The position numbers and the translations under genes are program-made. Below are positions 51,963 to 64,000 of a stretch of DNA of 64,000 nt, in pieces. The stretch comes from Somniosus microcephalus (Eukaryota): contig CM126203.1 in NCBI GenBank assembly GCA_052327205.1, positions 308,326,001 to 308,390,000 on the forward strand, written 5' to 3'. The notes beneath the pieces are model-generated. The model searched no databases. It worked only from the letters and a program-made list of their open reading frames with translations, and was not told the DNA's origin. Positions within the stretch are counted from its first letter, which is position 1. Each line of letters opens with the position of its first letter.

Positions 51963-54420
51963 CAACAACAACAATTTGCAATTATTTAGCACTTTTAACA
52001 TAGAAAAAGTCCCAACCGCTTCACAGAAGCGTTATCGGACAAAAACCGATGCTGAGCCAAAGAAGGAGGCACTAGGAGGAGTGAGCAAAAGCTTTATCAA
52101 AGACAGGGGGCTAAAATTCCGGCTACTTAGCACCACCCGTTACTGGCAGATTCATGAAAAAGAATGGCGGCCGCCTCACTTCCGCCCGCCTCTGGCATGG
52201 GACTCGGCGGCCGCCATTTTGGTGTGGACCAGAGCGCCGCTGTTAGCAGCACTGGCACTAGATATACAAATATGGAGAGCGTGACCTCAGTCGTCATGCA
52301 ACGCCAACTTGACGCCATGCTCTGCAAACTTAGAACTTTGCGCTGAGTTTAGCGCTGGGTCCTAAGCTCGCTCTGAAAAGCAAGCATGCAGCAGACTGAC
52401 AGAGACGCTGTCAGCACTTCCTAAAGGGACACGCACATGGGATCATCCGCCTCTGGTACCAGTGACCACAACCCCAATTCCCCTTTCAACATTTGTCCTG
52501 CACCTTAACTTCTCTCTGTTAATGACCATCACAGCATCCTCTTGGCCACAATGCTGAAATAAAAGCCACCAGAAAGCAAACATTCCAATCCAATTTTATA
52601 CATCTATCCATCCAATATGACATCAAGAAATCAACTAATCACCTGTATGCATTCTCTTAGTTAGTGTCTCGTGTGTGCCTTGCCTGTCCTACTGACATCA
52701 CGCAGTGCTACCACAGTGGCTGCAGCATGGCTGGTGGAAGGCTGCTGACTTTCAGTGGGGGATTCTGCAAATGGCCTTGCTGGTCAACCTTCAGGAGCTG
52801 GTGGCTGCGAGTGTGAAATCGAGTGACATTGTTTCTTCTTCTTCTTCTTCTTCTTTCTCCTATCCCTTTTCTTGGTCATCCACTTCTTGGGTGTGTGAAA
52901 TGAGGAAGGCACAATGGTGGAGTTGCGGTGAGAGGAGGGCGGGAAAGCAAGCAGTGCATGCGAGATGGAGGATAACGTATAAGGATACCAGCATCTTGTA
53001 TCCTTTCAGCCCCGCTGCTAGCCAAGAACTCAGCCATGACCCTGCCAAGAATGCCCAGCACCGTCTCCTCTAAGGGGGTGAAGCGAAGCTAGGAATAGGA
53101 GGTGTGCTTTGTGTTTGGTACAGATTGTTGGTAGGTGAGTGATTGGTGGGGGTGGGGGAGTTGTGCATTGAGAAGTGTATAAGGCTAGTGGTGCAGTTGG
53201 TAGGAGACGGCTTTTGAAGATGCATTCACTGACTGAACACTGTTGAGGTCATGAAGCTTCTTTGGGCACTGGAGCCAGGTAGTGCGGGTGACACTGCTGG
53301 CAGTGACGGCCTCAGTGATCTGGTCCCACATCCTTTTTTCTGGAGGGCCTCCTGGCTCCGGTGGGTAGAAGACCTCTTGCAGTGTTGATTCCCTGCACAA
53401 AGCTGGAGTGTTGCGTGCGAGACTCTGGGTGCCCCTTCACTGGCTTGCTGAGCTATTTGTGTTAGTGCTGAAGCACTTTTCCCATTTTTTTAGGTGTGGA
53501 AGGCAGTTCAGCTTTGAGAGCTGACGACTGCCATTTGGGAATTATTTTTATTTATTTTTTAGCTCAAGGGCTAATAACTGCCTATTTTTAAACGATTTTC
53601 TTTTCATTTTATAAGCAGTTCCCCTTTACGGGATCAACACTGCTTTCTAAAATGACAACCTTGCTTTAAGAGAAGGCTTTTCTTGCTCCAGCGACACTCT
53701 GGCCATGCTACATTGGGCCTTCTGCTGAGACTATCGCCCAAAAACCTGCCTTACATGGTAGGTTTAGCGCTGCACTAATGCTAATTAGCAGGCAGCACCA
53801 AGATACCAGTGCTGCCAGCGCTATTAATTTTGGCGGCTGTTAAATGCGGCCCACGGTGGCAGCAGCAGGTTTGCAGCTTTCTGGAATTTTTAGCCCATAG
53901 GTTTTAAGGAGTGTCTTAAAGTAAGAGAGGGAAGTGGAGAGGATGAGAGGTTTTGAGGGGGAATTTCAGAACTTGTAAGTTAGACGGCTAAAGGCAAGGC
54001 TGCCGATGGTGGGGCGAAGAGAGTGGGGAATGCACAAGAGATCAGCATTGGAGAATATATAATTCTCGCAGTGTTGTAGGGCTGGAGGAGGTTACAGAAA
54101 TAGGAAGGGGTGAGGCCATGAAGGGATTTAAACACAAGGATGAACATTTTAAATTTGTGGCATTGGTGGACCAGGAATCAGTGTAAGTCAGCAAGGGGTG
54201 ATGGAGAATGGGATTTGATGTGAGCTGGGATATATGGGCAGCAGAGTTTTGGATGAGCTGAAGCTTATGGAGGGAGGAGGATGGGAAGCTGGCCAGGAGA
54301 GCATTGAAATAATCAAGTCTGGAGGTGACAAAGGCATGGATGAGGGTTTCAGCACTGATGGGCTGAGGCAGGGGTGGAGTCAGGCAATATTATGGGGATG
54401 GAAGTAGGCGGTCTTTGTGA
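51963..54420 (-). mobile_element. L2-type LINE 3' part split by a Harbinger element
   Basis: caacaacaacaatttgca tail at 51963; text resumes gttttaaggagtgtcttaaag after 53900; ends in gaagtaggcggtcttt. Confidence 0.6.
52107..53897. mobile_element. Internally deleted PIF/Harbinger transposon with Myb/SANT gene remnant on the minus strand
   Basis: TIR ggggctaaaattcc / ggaatttttagccca, flanks cag/tag. 53185-53400(-) gives EVFYP..MWDQITEAVTASSVTRTTWLQCPKKLHDL (trihelix/Myb-SANT pattern). Confidence 0.7.
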
Positions 54421-54828
54421 CAGCGAGTTCACTGGCATAGCTACTTCAAGTCACTGATACTTGTCAGCTATCATTTATCAGATCAGCTGAGTTGAGAACG
54501 ACAGTAAGTAAATGCTTTCTCTCGAGGGAAATCTAGTGTTTCTGCAGCAGCTGAAAGGGCAAAGCAAACATTTTGAATAATAAAAATGTTGTCTAGGTCT
54601 GCATGTGCCCCAACCAGGAGGCCCGAGACCGACCTGTAATTGGGCCTCGGGCCTCATTTTAATAGTTTAGGTGAGCAGCCAGTGCCTGTTATGCCAGAGG
54701 TAGGTCGCCCATTTCTGAAGATGAAATTTGGGTCGGCAACGGCCCTCAGGTAACTGCTGGGGGGTGGGGGAGGGGGGGAATGACAGCGGGAGGGAGTCCG
54801 GTCACAACCGACTGAAGCTGTCAGGTGT

Positions 54829-55552
54829 GCTGTTAAGCCGGGAGGAGCGCTCTTGCTCCGTATGGCTCTGTTAAGGCTAAAGGGATCAAGGGATATGGGG
54901 ACAAAGCAGGGACAGGGTACTGAATTTGGACGATCAGCCATGATCTCATTGAATGGCGGAGCAGGCTCGAGGGGCCGAATGGCCTACTCCTGCTCCTATC
55001 TTCTATGTTTCTATGTTTCTTTGCAAGCCGGGAGGAGCGCTCTTGCTCCATATGGCTTTGTTAAGCTGGGAGGAGCGTGCCTGCTCCGTATGGCTCTGTT
55101 AAGCCGGGAGGAACGCTCTTGCTCTGTATGGCTCTGTTAAACCGGGAGGAGCGCGCTTGCTCCATACGGCTCTTTTAAACCGGGAGGAGCGCTCTTGCTC
55201 CGTATGGCTCTGTTAAGCCGGGAGGAATGCTCTTGCTTTGTATGGCTCTGTTAAACCGGGAGGAGCGCGCTTGCTCCATACGGCTCTTTTAAACCGGGAG
55301 GAGCGCTCTTGCTCCGTATGGCTCTGTTAAGCCGGGAGGAATGCTCTTGCTTTGTATGGCTCTGTTACGCCGGGAGGAGAGCTCTTGCTCCGTATGGCTC
55401 TGTTAAACCGGGAGGAGCGCGCCTGCTCCGTATGGCTCTGTTAAGCCGGGAGGAACGCTCTTGCTCTATATGGCTCTGTTAAGCCGGGAGGAGCTCTCTT
55501 GCTCCGTATGGCTCCATTGAGCCGGGAGGAACACTCTTGCTCCTTCTGGCTC
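54829..55552. repeat. 38-bp tandem minisatellite (gccgggaggagcgctcttgctccgtatggctctgttaa), about 15 units, interrupted by a CR1 3' end at about 54871-55020
   Basis: Directly visible. The CR1 insert matches 5176-5327. Confidence 0.92.
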
Positions 55553-55897
55553 CACATCAATGTTTTAAAAAGATTGAAAATGAAAACCTGACAGAGCAGT
55601 CAGGGCAGCCCCATTTCTGTAGGTTGGTTCTAAAACATGTGTCTTGCCCCTCGTTAGCATAAGCCTGAAAATTGTCTGATGCCAATTTTTCAGGTGTTCT
55701 TGGGGCACAGGGCTTAGTCCTGGGCCATTCATCATTTTGCCCCCATTTTCCATCTGGAAAATAGGTGCAACAATAACCAATGTGTACTCCTGCATTTGTA
55801 ACAATGTGGCTCAATGCAGTGTCTAGTATTGATGCTTTCTCAGGGTACCAAGCTGAAAAATTGAAAGGCGCTTCAGTTGAGGGTTCACTATTTGCAA

Positions 55898-56431
55898 TGC
55901 AGCAAAAGAGAGTCCTGTAGGAATTGATGTATTCCTAACTAATAACTGAGGTCAACTCAGGAGAACAATCACACAGGTCTTTAATGTTGGATTTGACAAA
56001 TTCCAGAAAACAACAAAGATCGATGCAGGAGAGCCATGGAGCAGGTCTTTACTGAACGGGGATGCCACGAGGACTGACTAAGCAGTCCTGTCATTTGCGC
56101 GTGACGTCATCGCATTTACGTCGTGACGTCATCGCGTTTGCCCGCGTTTTCCCACGCTTGGGTGGTCACGTGATCTGCGACGTGATGTCATCGCGTTTGC
56201 CTGCGCTCTTGGGCAGTCACATGGTTGGCGACGTGACGTCATCGCGTTTACCCGTGTTTGGGCAGTCACGTGGTTTGCGACGTGACATCATCGCGTTTAC
56301 CCACGTTCTTGGGCAGTCACGTGGTTGGCAACGTGACATCATCACGTTTACCAGCGTTTGGGCAGTCACGTGGTTTGCGACGTGACGTCATCGCGTTTGC
56401 CTGTGCTCTTAAAGGGGCAACGCCCCGTACA
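55898..56431 (-). mobile_element. Probable solo LTR (534 bp) with internal 50-bp tandem array
   Basis: TG...CA termini, TSD TGCAA (55893-55897 and 56432-56436), ATTAAA on the minus strand near 55980-55985. Confidence 0.7.
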
Positions 56432-57787
56432 TGCAAACTCTATAAAAACATCGTTAGAGAATTATGTACAGTAAGTAAGGGACACTCGGTGGTACCGCTA
56501 CAGTCCAGGTATTAAGCCCCAATGGTAGGTGAGTGACAAAGGACATGATCCAGAACTGTGGAACGAGTGCGTGCCACCTCACTGTCGTTAAGAAGTGCCT
56601 GCTGAAAACTGGGTTCCATTCCACATGCCAGAATAACTTTACTTTCTTCCTGGCACAACTTGGAATTTCTGGCTATGCCACCATTTGAGGGGCTTGATGT
56701 AATATGGTAAAAATGCTACTATTGAACTCAAATTATCTCTTAAGGGGTTACATTTACAGGGGAGGAGAGCTGGCAGACCTAGATTAGAATTGAGATTTGG
56801 CACCTGAATTAGAATGCTGGAGACAATGAAAGATGGTTTAACATCTGGTGATCATTCACATTCATTGCTGCTGCAACAACTCCATTCATTTGAATTCAGC
56901 AGGGGTCAGTGCAAAGTTAGGCTGGTTGTTTCCATTGTTGGATGAGGGAGAGTCAGTTTGAATAAATGCTGACAATCTGGAGTCGGGCTGGGGTAAGGAA
57001 AAGAAAAGACATGGGCCTGCAGAGGGAGAAGATTCTGTCCTGAGACAGAGGATAGAATGCAAAAGAATAACTCTGTTAAGTCAAAAAAGATGATGTGGGG
57101 AAGCGTAGTGTAGTGTGTTCATTACAGAGCTAAGTTGTATTAATGGAAATAAGTGGAATAATTCAAAACTCTTGCCCTCTGTGTTCACCTGTTGAAAAGT
57201 AAAGCAACCTAATGGCACAGAAATTGGGGTAATTACCGCTACCCGTTTGCGCTGCAATCCTGAAAGAATAGCAGCCGCCACTTCTAACGCATGCCACTGT
57301 CAAGGGACTCGGAGGCCACCATTTTGGTGATGGCCTTAGTGCTGCTGCTAGCAGCGCTGGCCCTGGGGATGCAAATATGAAGAGTGTGATGTCAGTCGGC
57401 ATGCAACGCCGACTCAATGTCACACTCTGCGAACTTGGAGCTTTGTGCTGAGTTTAGCACTGGGTCCTAAGCTCGCTCTGAAAAGCAAGCGTGCAGCAGA
57501 CTGACAGAGATGCTGTTAGCACTTCTTAAAGGGACACACACATCTTTCAGGTAAGTTTGTATTTAAGCTTTTGGTCTGGGTCTTTTATATTTTATTGAAG
57601 TAATGGCTTGGTGCAATAGATTAAAAGTTTTCAAAGTGTGCAGGGAGTGCTGCTGAATACTTACAAGGCCTCTGATGGTAAAGGAAGGCCTTTGAGATGA
57701 TAGAAAATGCTGGAAATACTCAGCAGATCAGGCAGCATCTGTGGAGAGAGAAACAGAGTTCATGGCCTCGATTTTAACTGACCCGTG

Positions 57788-60700
57788 TGTAGTGTATGTA
57801 CCTTTAAGAGCCCCTGTGTACTGTAATACCGGTAGTGACCACTCGGGTATATAAGCCTGTATAGTGTCTTGTATCTTTTAGTTCACCTCCAGACTTTGTT
57901 CAATAAACACCTGTTAAACCAACTCCTGCATTCCGTGTCTCCATTAACACACGGATACAACAGTGGCGACGAATTGGAAACGGACTTACCTGCAATTCGG
58001 CAGGACCTCAAGGAGATCGATTCCTCAGACGAAGGTCGAAGAAAAAAAAGAAAAAAAACAAACAAACTGTGGTTTCACCGGCTAGCCGGGCTGGTGGCAG
58101 GTACTGCACTAATCCTTCCTGGTCGGCGGGCTGGGGTTCGATCGGGTGGCTCTGCAGCGGGGCCGAGCAGCGAGTCAGAAGGCGGAGGCAAACAGAGACG
58201 GAGGGTGGAGCACTCGGGAGACGGCCGGCGCTGCAAAGCAGGTCGGCGTTCGGACCAAGCAGAGGAAGGGAAAAGTCCCAGAGAGTCCGGCAGGAACGAG
58301 TCTCCAACTATTAAAAATATCTGTGTGAATAAAAACCACGGAGAACAGCGTTGTCAGCAGCGGCAGCGGCAGGAAAGCGCGGGAGGCGCCATTTTTTTCT
58401 CGGCAGGGAAGAAAGGAAAGCGCGGGAGGCGCCATTTTTGATTTTCAGGATGCCTAAGACTGGCAATATTACTGCTTTTGATAGTGATATAGAGGATTGG
58501 ACCACATATGTGGAAAGAGTGGAGGTATATTGCACAGCGAATGAAGTAGAGGATGATAAAAAGGCATCGGTACTTCTAAATCTGATGGGCGCAAGGACAT
58601 ATGGGCTGTTACGAAACTTAATCACTCCAGCCAAACCGATGGACAAGAATTTTAAGGAGATTGTTGATACCCTACAGGAGCACTTAAACCCAACACCGCT
58701 GCTGATAGCGGAACGATTCAAATTCTTCAGGAGGAATCAGCACAAGAATGAAAGTAACGCTGATTACCTCACCGAATTAAGAAAGCTGTCAAAGCACTGC
58801 CAATTCGGGGCAGGACTGGCAGATTCTCTACGAGACAAATTCGTCTGTAAGTGAAGGAACACAGAAAAGGCTACTTTCTGAGAAAGATTTGACACTGGAC
58901 AAGGCTTTCAGTGTGGCTGTATCATACGAAGCAGCAGCAAGAGGAGCTGCAGAGATGCAGCAAATGCCACTGGATTTCGGCACCCATGAAATGACACGGG
59001 GTTTCGAGAGATGTTATCGCTGCGGCAGATCCACCCATGACCAGAAGGACTGCTGGTTCAAGGACAAAGCATGCAGGCAATGCGGAAAGATGGGACACAT
59101 TGCACGTGTATGCCGATCTGGAAACAAAAAATCCACTGACAGAAACAAAAATCAATAAAGAAAAGTACAGAAAGGTACAAATGATGACGGACAGTAGCTC
59201 CAAAGACCAGAAGAGCGATAGCGACTCCGGAAACAAGAGACTAAGCTGTCTCAAATTACATAATGTAATTGCCAAAGAAGATTACCAGACCATTTGGGTT
59301 ACCCTCACGACAGCGGGGTCCCCAGTTAAAATGGAGCTAGATACAGGATCAGCTCTGACCGTCATAGGTCGACGGGATTACGAGCGGCTATTTCCGCATA
59401 TACCTTTGAAAGACACATCCATTATCTTGAAGACATATACGGGGCAGAAAGTATACCCCAGAGGGAAAATAAAGGTGCCTGTTGTATACAACGGCAAGGA
59501 AATACAGAAGTTGTATTTATACGTTCTGCAAGATGGTGGTCCACCGCTGTTGGGACGTGAATGGATCAGGAAGATACGTTTAGACTGGCACTCCATTCAG
59601 GCACTGACGGTGACCAGTAAGAAAAAAAATGATGATGATGTCATACCTGAACGATTAAAAGACATCTTGGCCAATGCCAAAGAAGTGTTTCAACAGGAAC
59701 TAGGAACATTGAAAGGCATCACCGCCTCAATAAAAGTGGAAGGTGCAGCAATTCCCAAGTTTTTTAAGGCAAGGCCGGTGCCATACGCAATTCGTCCAGC
59801 AGTCGAGGCAGAGCTGGAGATTTTTGGAAAAGGCAGGCATGTTATCCAAGGTAGATTGGAGCGAGTGGGCAACACCCATTGTCCCGGTCATGAAGAAAAC
59901 GTTGAATAATGATAAAGCTGAAGAACAGAGAAAAATTCGCATCTGTGGGGACTTCAAGGTGACTGTAAACCCGGTCCTACACACGGTACAGTATCCTCTT
60001 CCGAGGATAGAAGATATTTTCGCCTCACTATCCGGAGGGAAACGTTTCACCAAAATTGACTTGGCACAGGCATATCTACAGATGGAGGTTGAGGAGGCCT
60101 CTAAAAAGTATCTCACGATAAACACACACAAAGGCCTGTACCAGTACAATCGACTGGTTTTCGGAGTAGCATCAGCTCCAGCTATCTGGCAAAGAGCTAT
60201 GGAGCAAGTCCTGCAAGGGATTCCGGGGACTCAATGCTACCTAGATGACATCCTTGTAACAGGAGAAAACGACAACGAGCACCTTGCCAATTTGGAGCAG
60301 GTGCTCACTAGGCTGAGAGAATGGGGCCTACGAGCAAATCGCCCCAAGTGTGAATTTTTCCAGAAACAAATATATTGTGGCCATATAATTAACGAAGAAG
60401 GGTTGCATAAGTCACCTGAAAAAATTGAAGCAGTCATAAAAGCCCCAGCATCTGAAAATGTCTCACAATTAAGGTCGTTCCTGGGATTGATAAATTACTA
60501 TCATAAATTTTTACCTAACTTGTCAACTGTTCTGCACCCTTTTAACGCACTGCTACAAACGGGAGTAATTTGGAAATGGAGTGCAGACTGTAAACGTGCC
60601 TTCCATAAATGCAAAGGCTTGATCACGTCCAAGGAAGTGTTGGCTCATTACAACCCATCACTGCCAATCAGACTGGCGTGCGATGCATCCCCTTACGGCA

Positions 60701-62701
60701 TAGGAGCGGTATTATCGCATAGTTTCCCTGATGGCTCGGAGCGGCCGATAGCTTTTGCGTCACGCTCATTGAACTCAGCTGAGCGTAACTATGCCCAGAT
60801 CGACAGGGAAGCACTCAGCCTGGTGTGGGGAGTGAAGAAATTCAACCATTACCTACACGGACAAAAATTTACCTTGTTGATTGACCATCAACCCCTCGTC
60901 TCCATATTCAACCCTAAAAAGGGCGTTCCCATTATGACAGCGCAAAGGCTACGGAGGTGGTCCCTTTTCCTAGGGGCACACCAATATGACATAGAATACA
61001 AAGGATCAAAACAGCATGGGAATGCTGACGGTTTATCGCGCCTACCATTGCCAACGGTAGAAGAGGCACCTACAGTGGACCCAGTGGAAATGTTCCACTC
61101 AACCATAGTGGAATGTCTACCAGTAACAAATTCTACCATTGAAAAGGAAACGAGAAATGACCCGACTCTCTCACGAGTCTACGATTTAACGGTGAAGGGA
61201 TGGCCAGCACATGGTGAACCACTGTTGCCAGCATTCTCGCAAAGAAGAGCACAGCTGTCAGTGTGCCGAGGAACCTTGCTGCGTGGATCCAGAGTGGTGA
61301 TTCCACCCAAACTCCAGGATAAAGTGCTAAAGGAGCTTCACGAGGGGCATCTGGGTGGAGTGAAAATGAAGAACCTAGCCAAAGCGTTTGTGTGGTGGCC
61401 AGGTATCGATGGAGACATCGAAGAAATGACCAAGAGTTGTCTAGGATGCCAGAAGGTCCAAAACGCCCCACCGCAAGCCCCTCTGCATCCATGGGAGTGG
61501 CCCTCATCTCCATGGCAAAGGGTACATATCGACTTTGCTGGTCTATTTATGGACTCAATGTTCTTAATCGCGGTTGATGCACACTCCAAGTGGCCGGAGG
61601 TAATAAAGATGTCCTCCACCACCACGGAAAAAACCATCACAGTATTAAGGACCATATTTGCCAGGAATGGGCTGCCTGAACAGATCTGTTCTGATAATGG
61701 ACCGCAATTTGTTTCCGAAGAATTCAGGAAGTTCTTAAAAAACAATGGGGCTAAGCACTACACGTCCGCCCCATACCATCCCGCCACCAATGGATTAGCT
61801 GAAAGGTTTGTCCAGACCTTCAAGAAGGCCATAAAGGCCATGGGTAATGAAGACATAAATCTACAACATAAAGTAGATAACTTCTTGTTTGCGTACAGGA
61901 ATGCAACACATGTGGTTACAAACCAAACTCCCGCCATGATGTTTTTCAATAGAAGACTAAGATGCCGGCTGGATTTGATCAAGCCAAACATCAGAAGGGA
62001 CGTAGAGAACCGGCAATTTCAAGGCATGAATGAAAGGCCAACTAGAACCTTCCAGATAGGTCAACAAGTTTTGGCCCGGGACTACCGTACCGAGAAATGG
62101 CAGCCTGGAACTATTTGCACACGACTAGGACCGCTGATGTATACCGTGGACATTGGAGAAAGCATAATAAGGCGCCATGCTGACCAGATCATAGAGTCAT
62201 CCGAAAAGGGACAACCTACACCACAACTCTATACGCCTAATGATGAAGCAGAGATACCCATAGTATCTACCTCCGATCCGGTGATACTGGAACCAGATGA
62301 ACCCGACACTGGCATTCAAGCTGAATCGAGCTTTCCAAAAGAACCTACTACACCACCAAAAACTACTACACCACCGAGGTGTTATCCGGACCGAGTCAGG
62401 AAGCCTCCAGAGAGATTGACTTATAATTGATTAACTGCAGCAAATGTGTCGATTATTGTTCTTGTAAACATGTTAATTAATGATTACTTAAAATGTTATG
62501 TACTAATTATCTAAAAGGGGAGGAATTGTAGTGTATGTACCTTTAAGAGCCCCTGTGTACTTTAATACCGGTAGTGACCACTCGGGTATATAAGCCTGTA
62601 CAGTGTCTTGTATCTTTTAGTTCACCTCCAGACTTTGTTCAGTAAACACCTGTTAAACCAACTCCTGCATTCCGTGTCTCCATTAACACACGGATACAAC
62701 G
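57788..62701 (+). mobile_element. Complete Gypsy (Mag-like) LTR retrotransposon C
   Basis: 175-bp LTRs 57788-57962 and 62527-62701 (4 mismatches seen), TSD CCGTG, PBS TGGCGACGA at 57964, PPT aaaaggggaggaa before the 3' LTR. Confidence 0.96.
58450..62430 (+). pseudogene. gag-pol: gag-pol of element C; gag/protease frameshifted, RT-RH-IN in one open frame
   Basis: MPKTGNITAFDSDIEDW start, CCHC x2, LDTGS; 59743-62430 contains YLDD, RNase H and integrase motifs. Confidence 0.93.
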
Positions 62702-63599
62702 CCGTGGAGTCAGGATTGGAGGCGTGCGGGGGGTTAAAGTCCCGAATTCGGGGGTCCCGACACCATCCCGCCTCCATGTAAGTTTCAAAGGGGGCGGGTA
62801 CCCGCCCCACACTGGGACCCGCCTAGTCGAGGTGGAAAGGGATTAGTGACAATTAACTGCCTGTTAACAGGTAGTTAACGCACAGTTTTTAGCCTAATCC
62901 CTATTTTAAAGCTTGAAGTGTGGGATTCCCGACAGCTCCAAACCACGCCAAGTTAGAGGAGTCGGGCCGTCAGGTTGAAGGACTTGGAGGGGTCGCGATG
63001 TCAGTGATCAGGTGAGTAATGGGTGCATGAGTGCAAAGGTAAGTGTGTTTGGTGTGTCTAAAGTGTGTAAAGAAGTTTAAATTACGTGTACTTACCTTTT
63101 TAGCCTTCCTTCCTCTCGGTTTCGGGAGTCCATCATCTAACCGGCACAGAAAGCAGAATGGCTGCGAACTGTCAAAAGTGACAGCCTGCAGCTTTCTGTG
63201 CCAGAGAGATTTCTAACTGAGTCTGTGTAGAAGGACTCGGGTTAGAAGTAAGACTGTCAGTGTTTGACAGCTTCAAACAGCTGTGAAATACTGATATTTC
63301 ATCTGTCAAAACGTCTTGACAGAAGAAATTTCAGTCTGTGATATCACCTGTTGCCGGGTGGCCCTTAATTAGCCTGCTGAGTCTGCTGGGTGGGCTCAAC
63401 AAGGTCAATCAAGTTAAAATCGCTTGGATTGGCTGCATCTCGGTGGAGGCGGGACTACAACCCCGAAAGTTGTAGCCTCCTTCCCGACTTCTGAGTGAAA
63501 ATCATCCCCCATGTCTCTGTTCAAGATGTTGCCTGACCTGCTGAGTATTTCCAGCATTTTATGCTTTTTTTCAGATTTACAGCATCTGCTCGCAGAGAG

Positions 63600-63695
63600 A
63601 AGAGGAAGATGCAAAAGAGGAAGATGCAAAAGAGGAAGATGCAAAAGAGGAAGATGCAAAAGAGGAAGACACAGAAGAAGAGGAAGCAGAAGGAA
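63600..63695. repeat. 15-bp purine-rich tandem repeat (agaggaagatgcaaa)n
   Basis: About five visible units; reads as acidic EEDAK repeats, possibly a transposase tail. Confidence 0.85.
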
Positions 63696-64000
63696 GGATG
63701 GAACCCAGACAGCCCCTTTCTGGCCGGGATATCGGGATGGAATCATTTGCCTTCAGTACCACAGCCCCATTTCCCTGTTCAACATTTGTCCCACACCTTA
63801 CCTTCCCTCTGTTACAGACCATCAGAGCATCTTCCAGGTCATAATGCTGAAATAAAAGCCACCACAACGCAAACTTTCCAACCCAACTTTATACATCTAT
63901 CCATCCAATATGACATCAAGAAATCAACGAATCACATATATGCATTCCCTTAGTAACTGTCTTGTTGTGTGCCTTTGCCTATCCTACTGATGTCACGCAG

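Larger units (their letters stand above)
57764..63509. mobile_element. Harbinger-like MITE (15403 family) containing Gypsy element C
   Basis: TIR ggcctcgattttaact / agtgaaaatcatcccc; TSD CAT. Sits inside a Penelope-like hairpin (57702-57763, 63510-63590). Confidence 0.75.
57213..64000. mobile_element. Harbinger element of the 52107 family, heavily interrupted and running off the window
   Basis: 57213-57540 matches 52107-52435, and 63770-64000 matches 52475-52705. Confidence 0.6.

Noticed and set aside
54829-55552. Regular repeats with a hairpin, superficially CRISPR-like
   Set aside because: Units are head-to-tail with no unique spacers, there are no cas genes, and the context is eukaryotic.
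63414-63953. Lys/Arg- or Ser-rich ORFs
   Set aside because: Translations of a 15-bp tandem repeat in alternative frames.

Overview
Repeat-dense vertebrate genomic DNA, probably intronic or intergenic. The repeat repertoire suggests a cartilaginous fish (inference): CR1 LINEs with octamer tails, a Deu-domain SacSINE1-like SINE, Penelope-like hairpins and many GC-rich Harbinger-like MITEs. No intact host gene is supportable, and every long ORF is transposon-derived. Main contents: three Mag-like Gypsy LTR retrotransposons (two with both LTRs and 5-bp TSDs); many CR1 copies; a second LINE family; L2 remnants; PIF/Harbinger transposase and Myb/SANT remnants plus at least two MITE families; two non-autonomous Helitrons; a pogo/Tigger-type MITE; a TG..CA fold-back element; two probable solo LTRs; and several tandem arrays. 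Most notable: (i) two Gypsy elements that appear to share a recently exchanged integrase-U3 module; (ii) Helitrons carrying a CCAAT/GC-box/YY1 promoter plus splice donor, possibly captured from a host gene; (iii) a solo LTR with a tandem CRE/E-box array; (iv) deep nested insertions. I do not see a clearly new biological system; the findings are leads only. All identities and counts were judged by eye.
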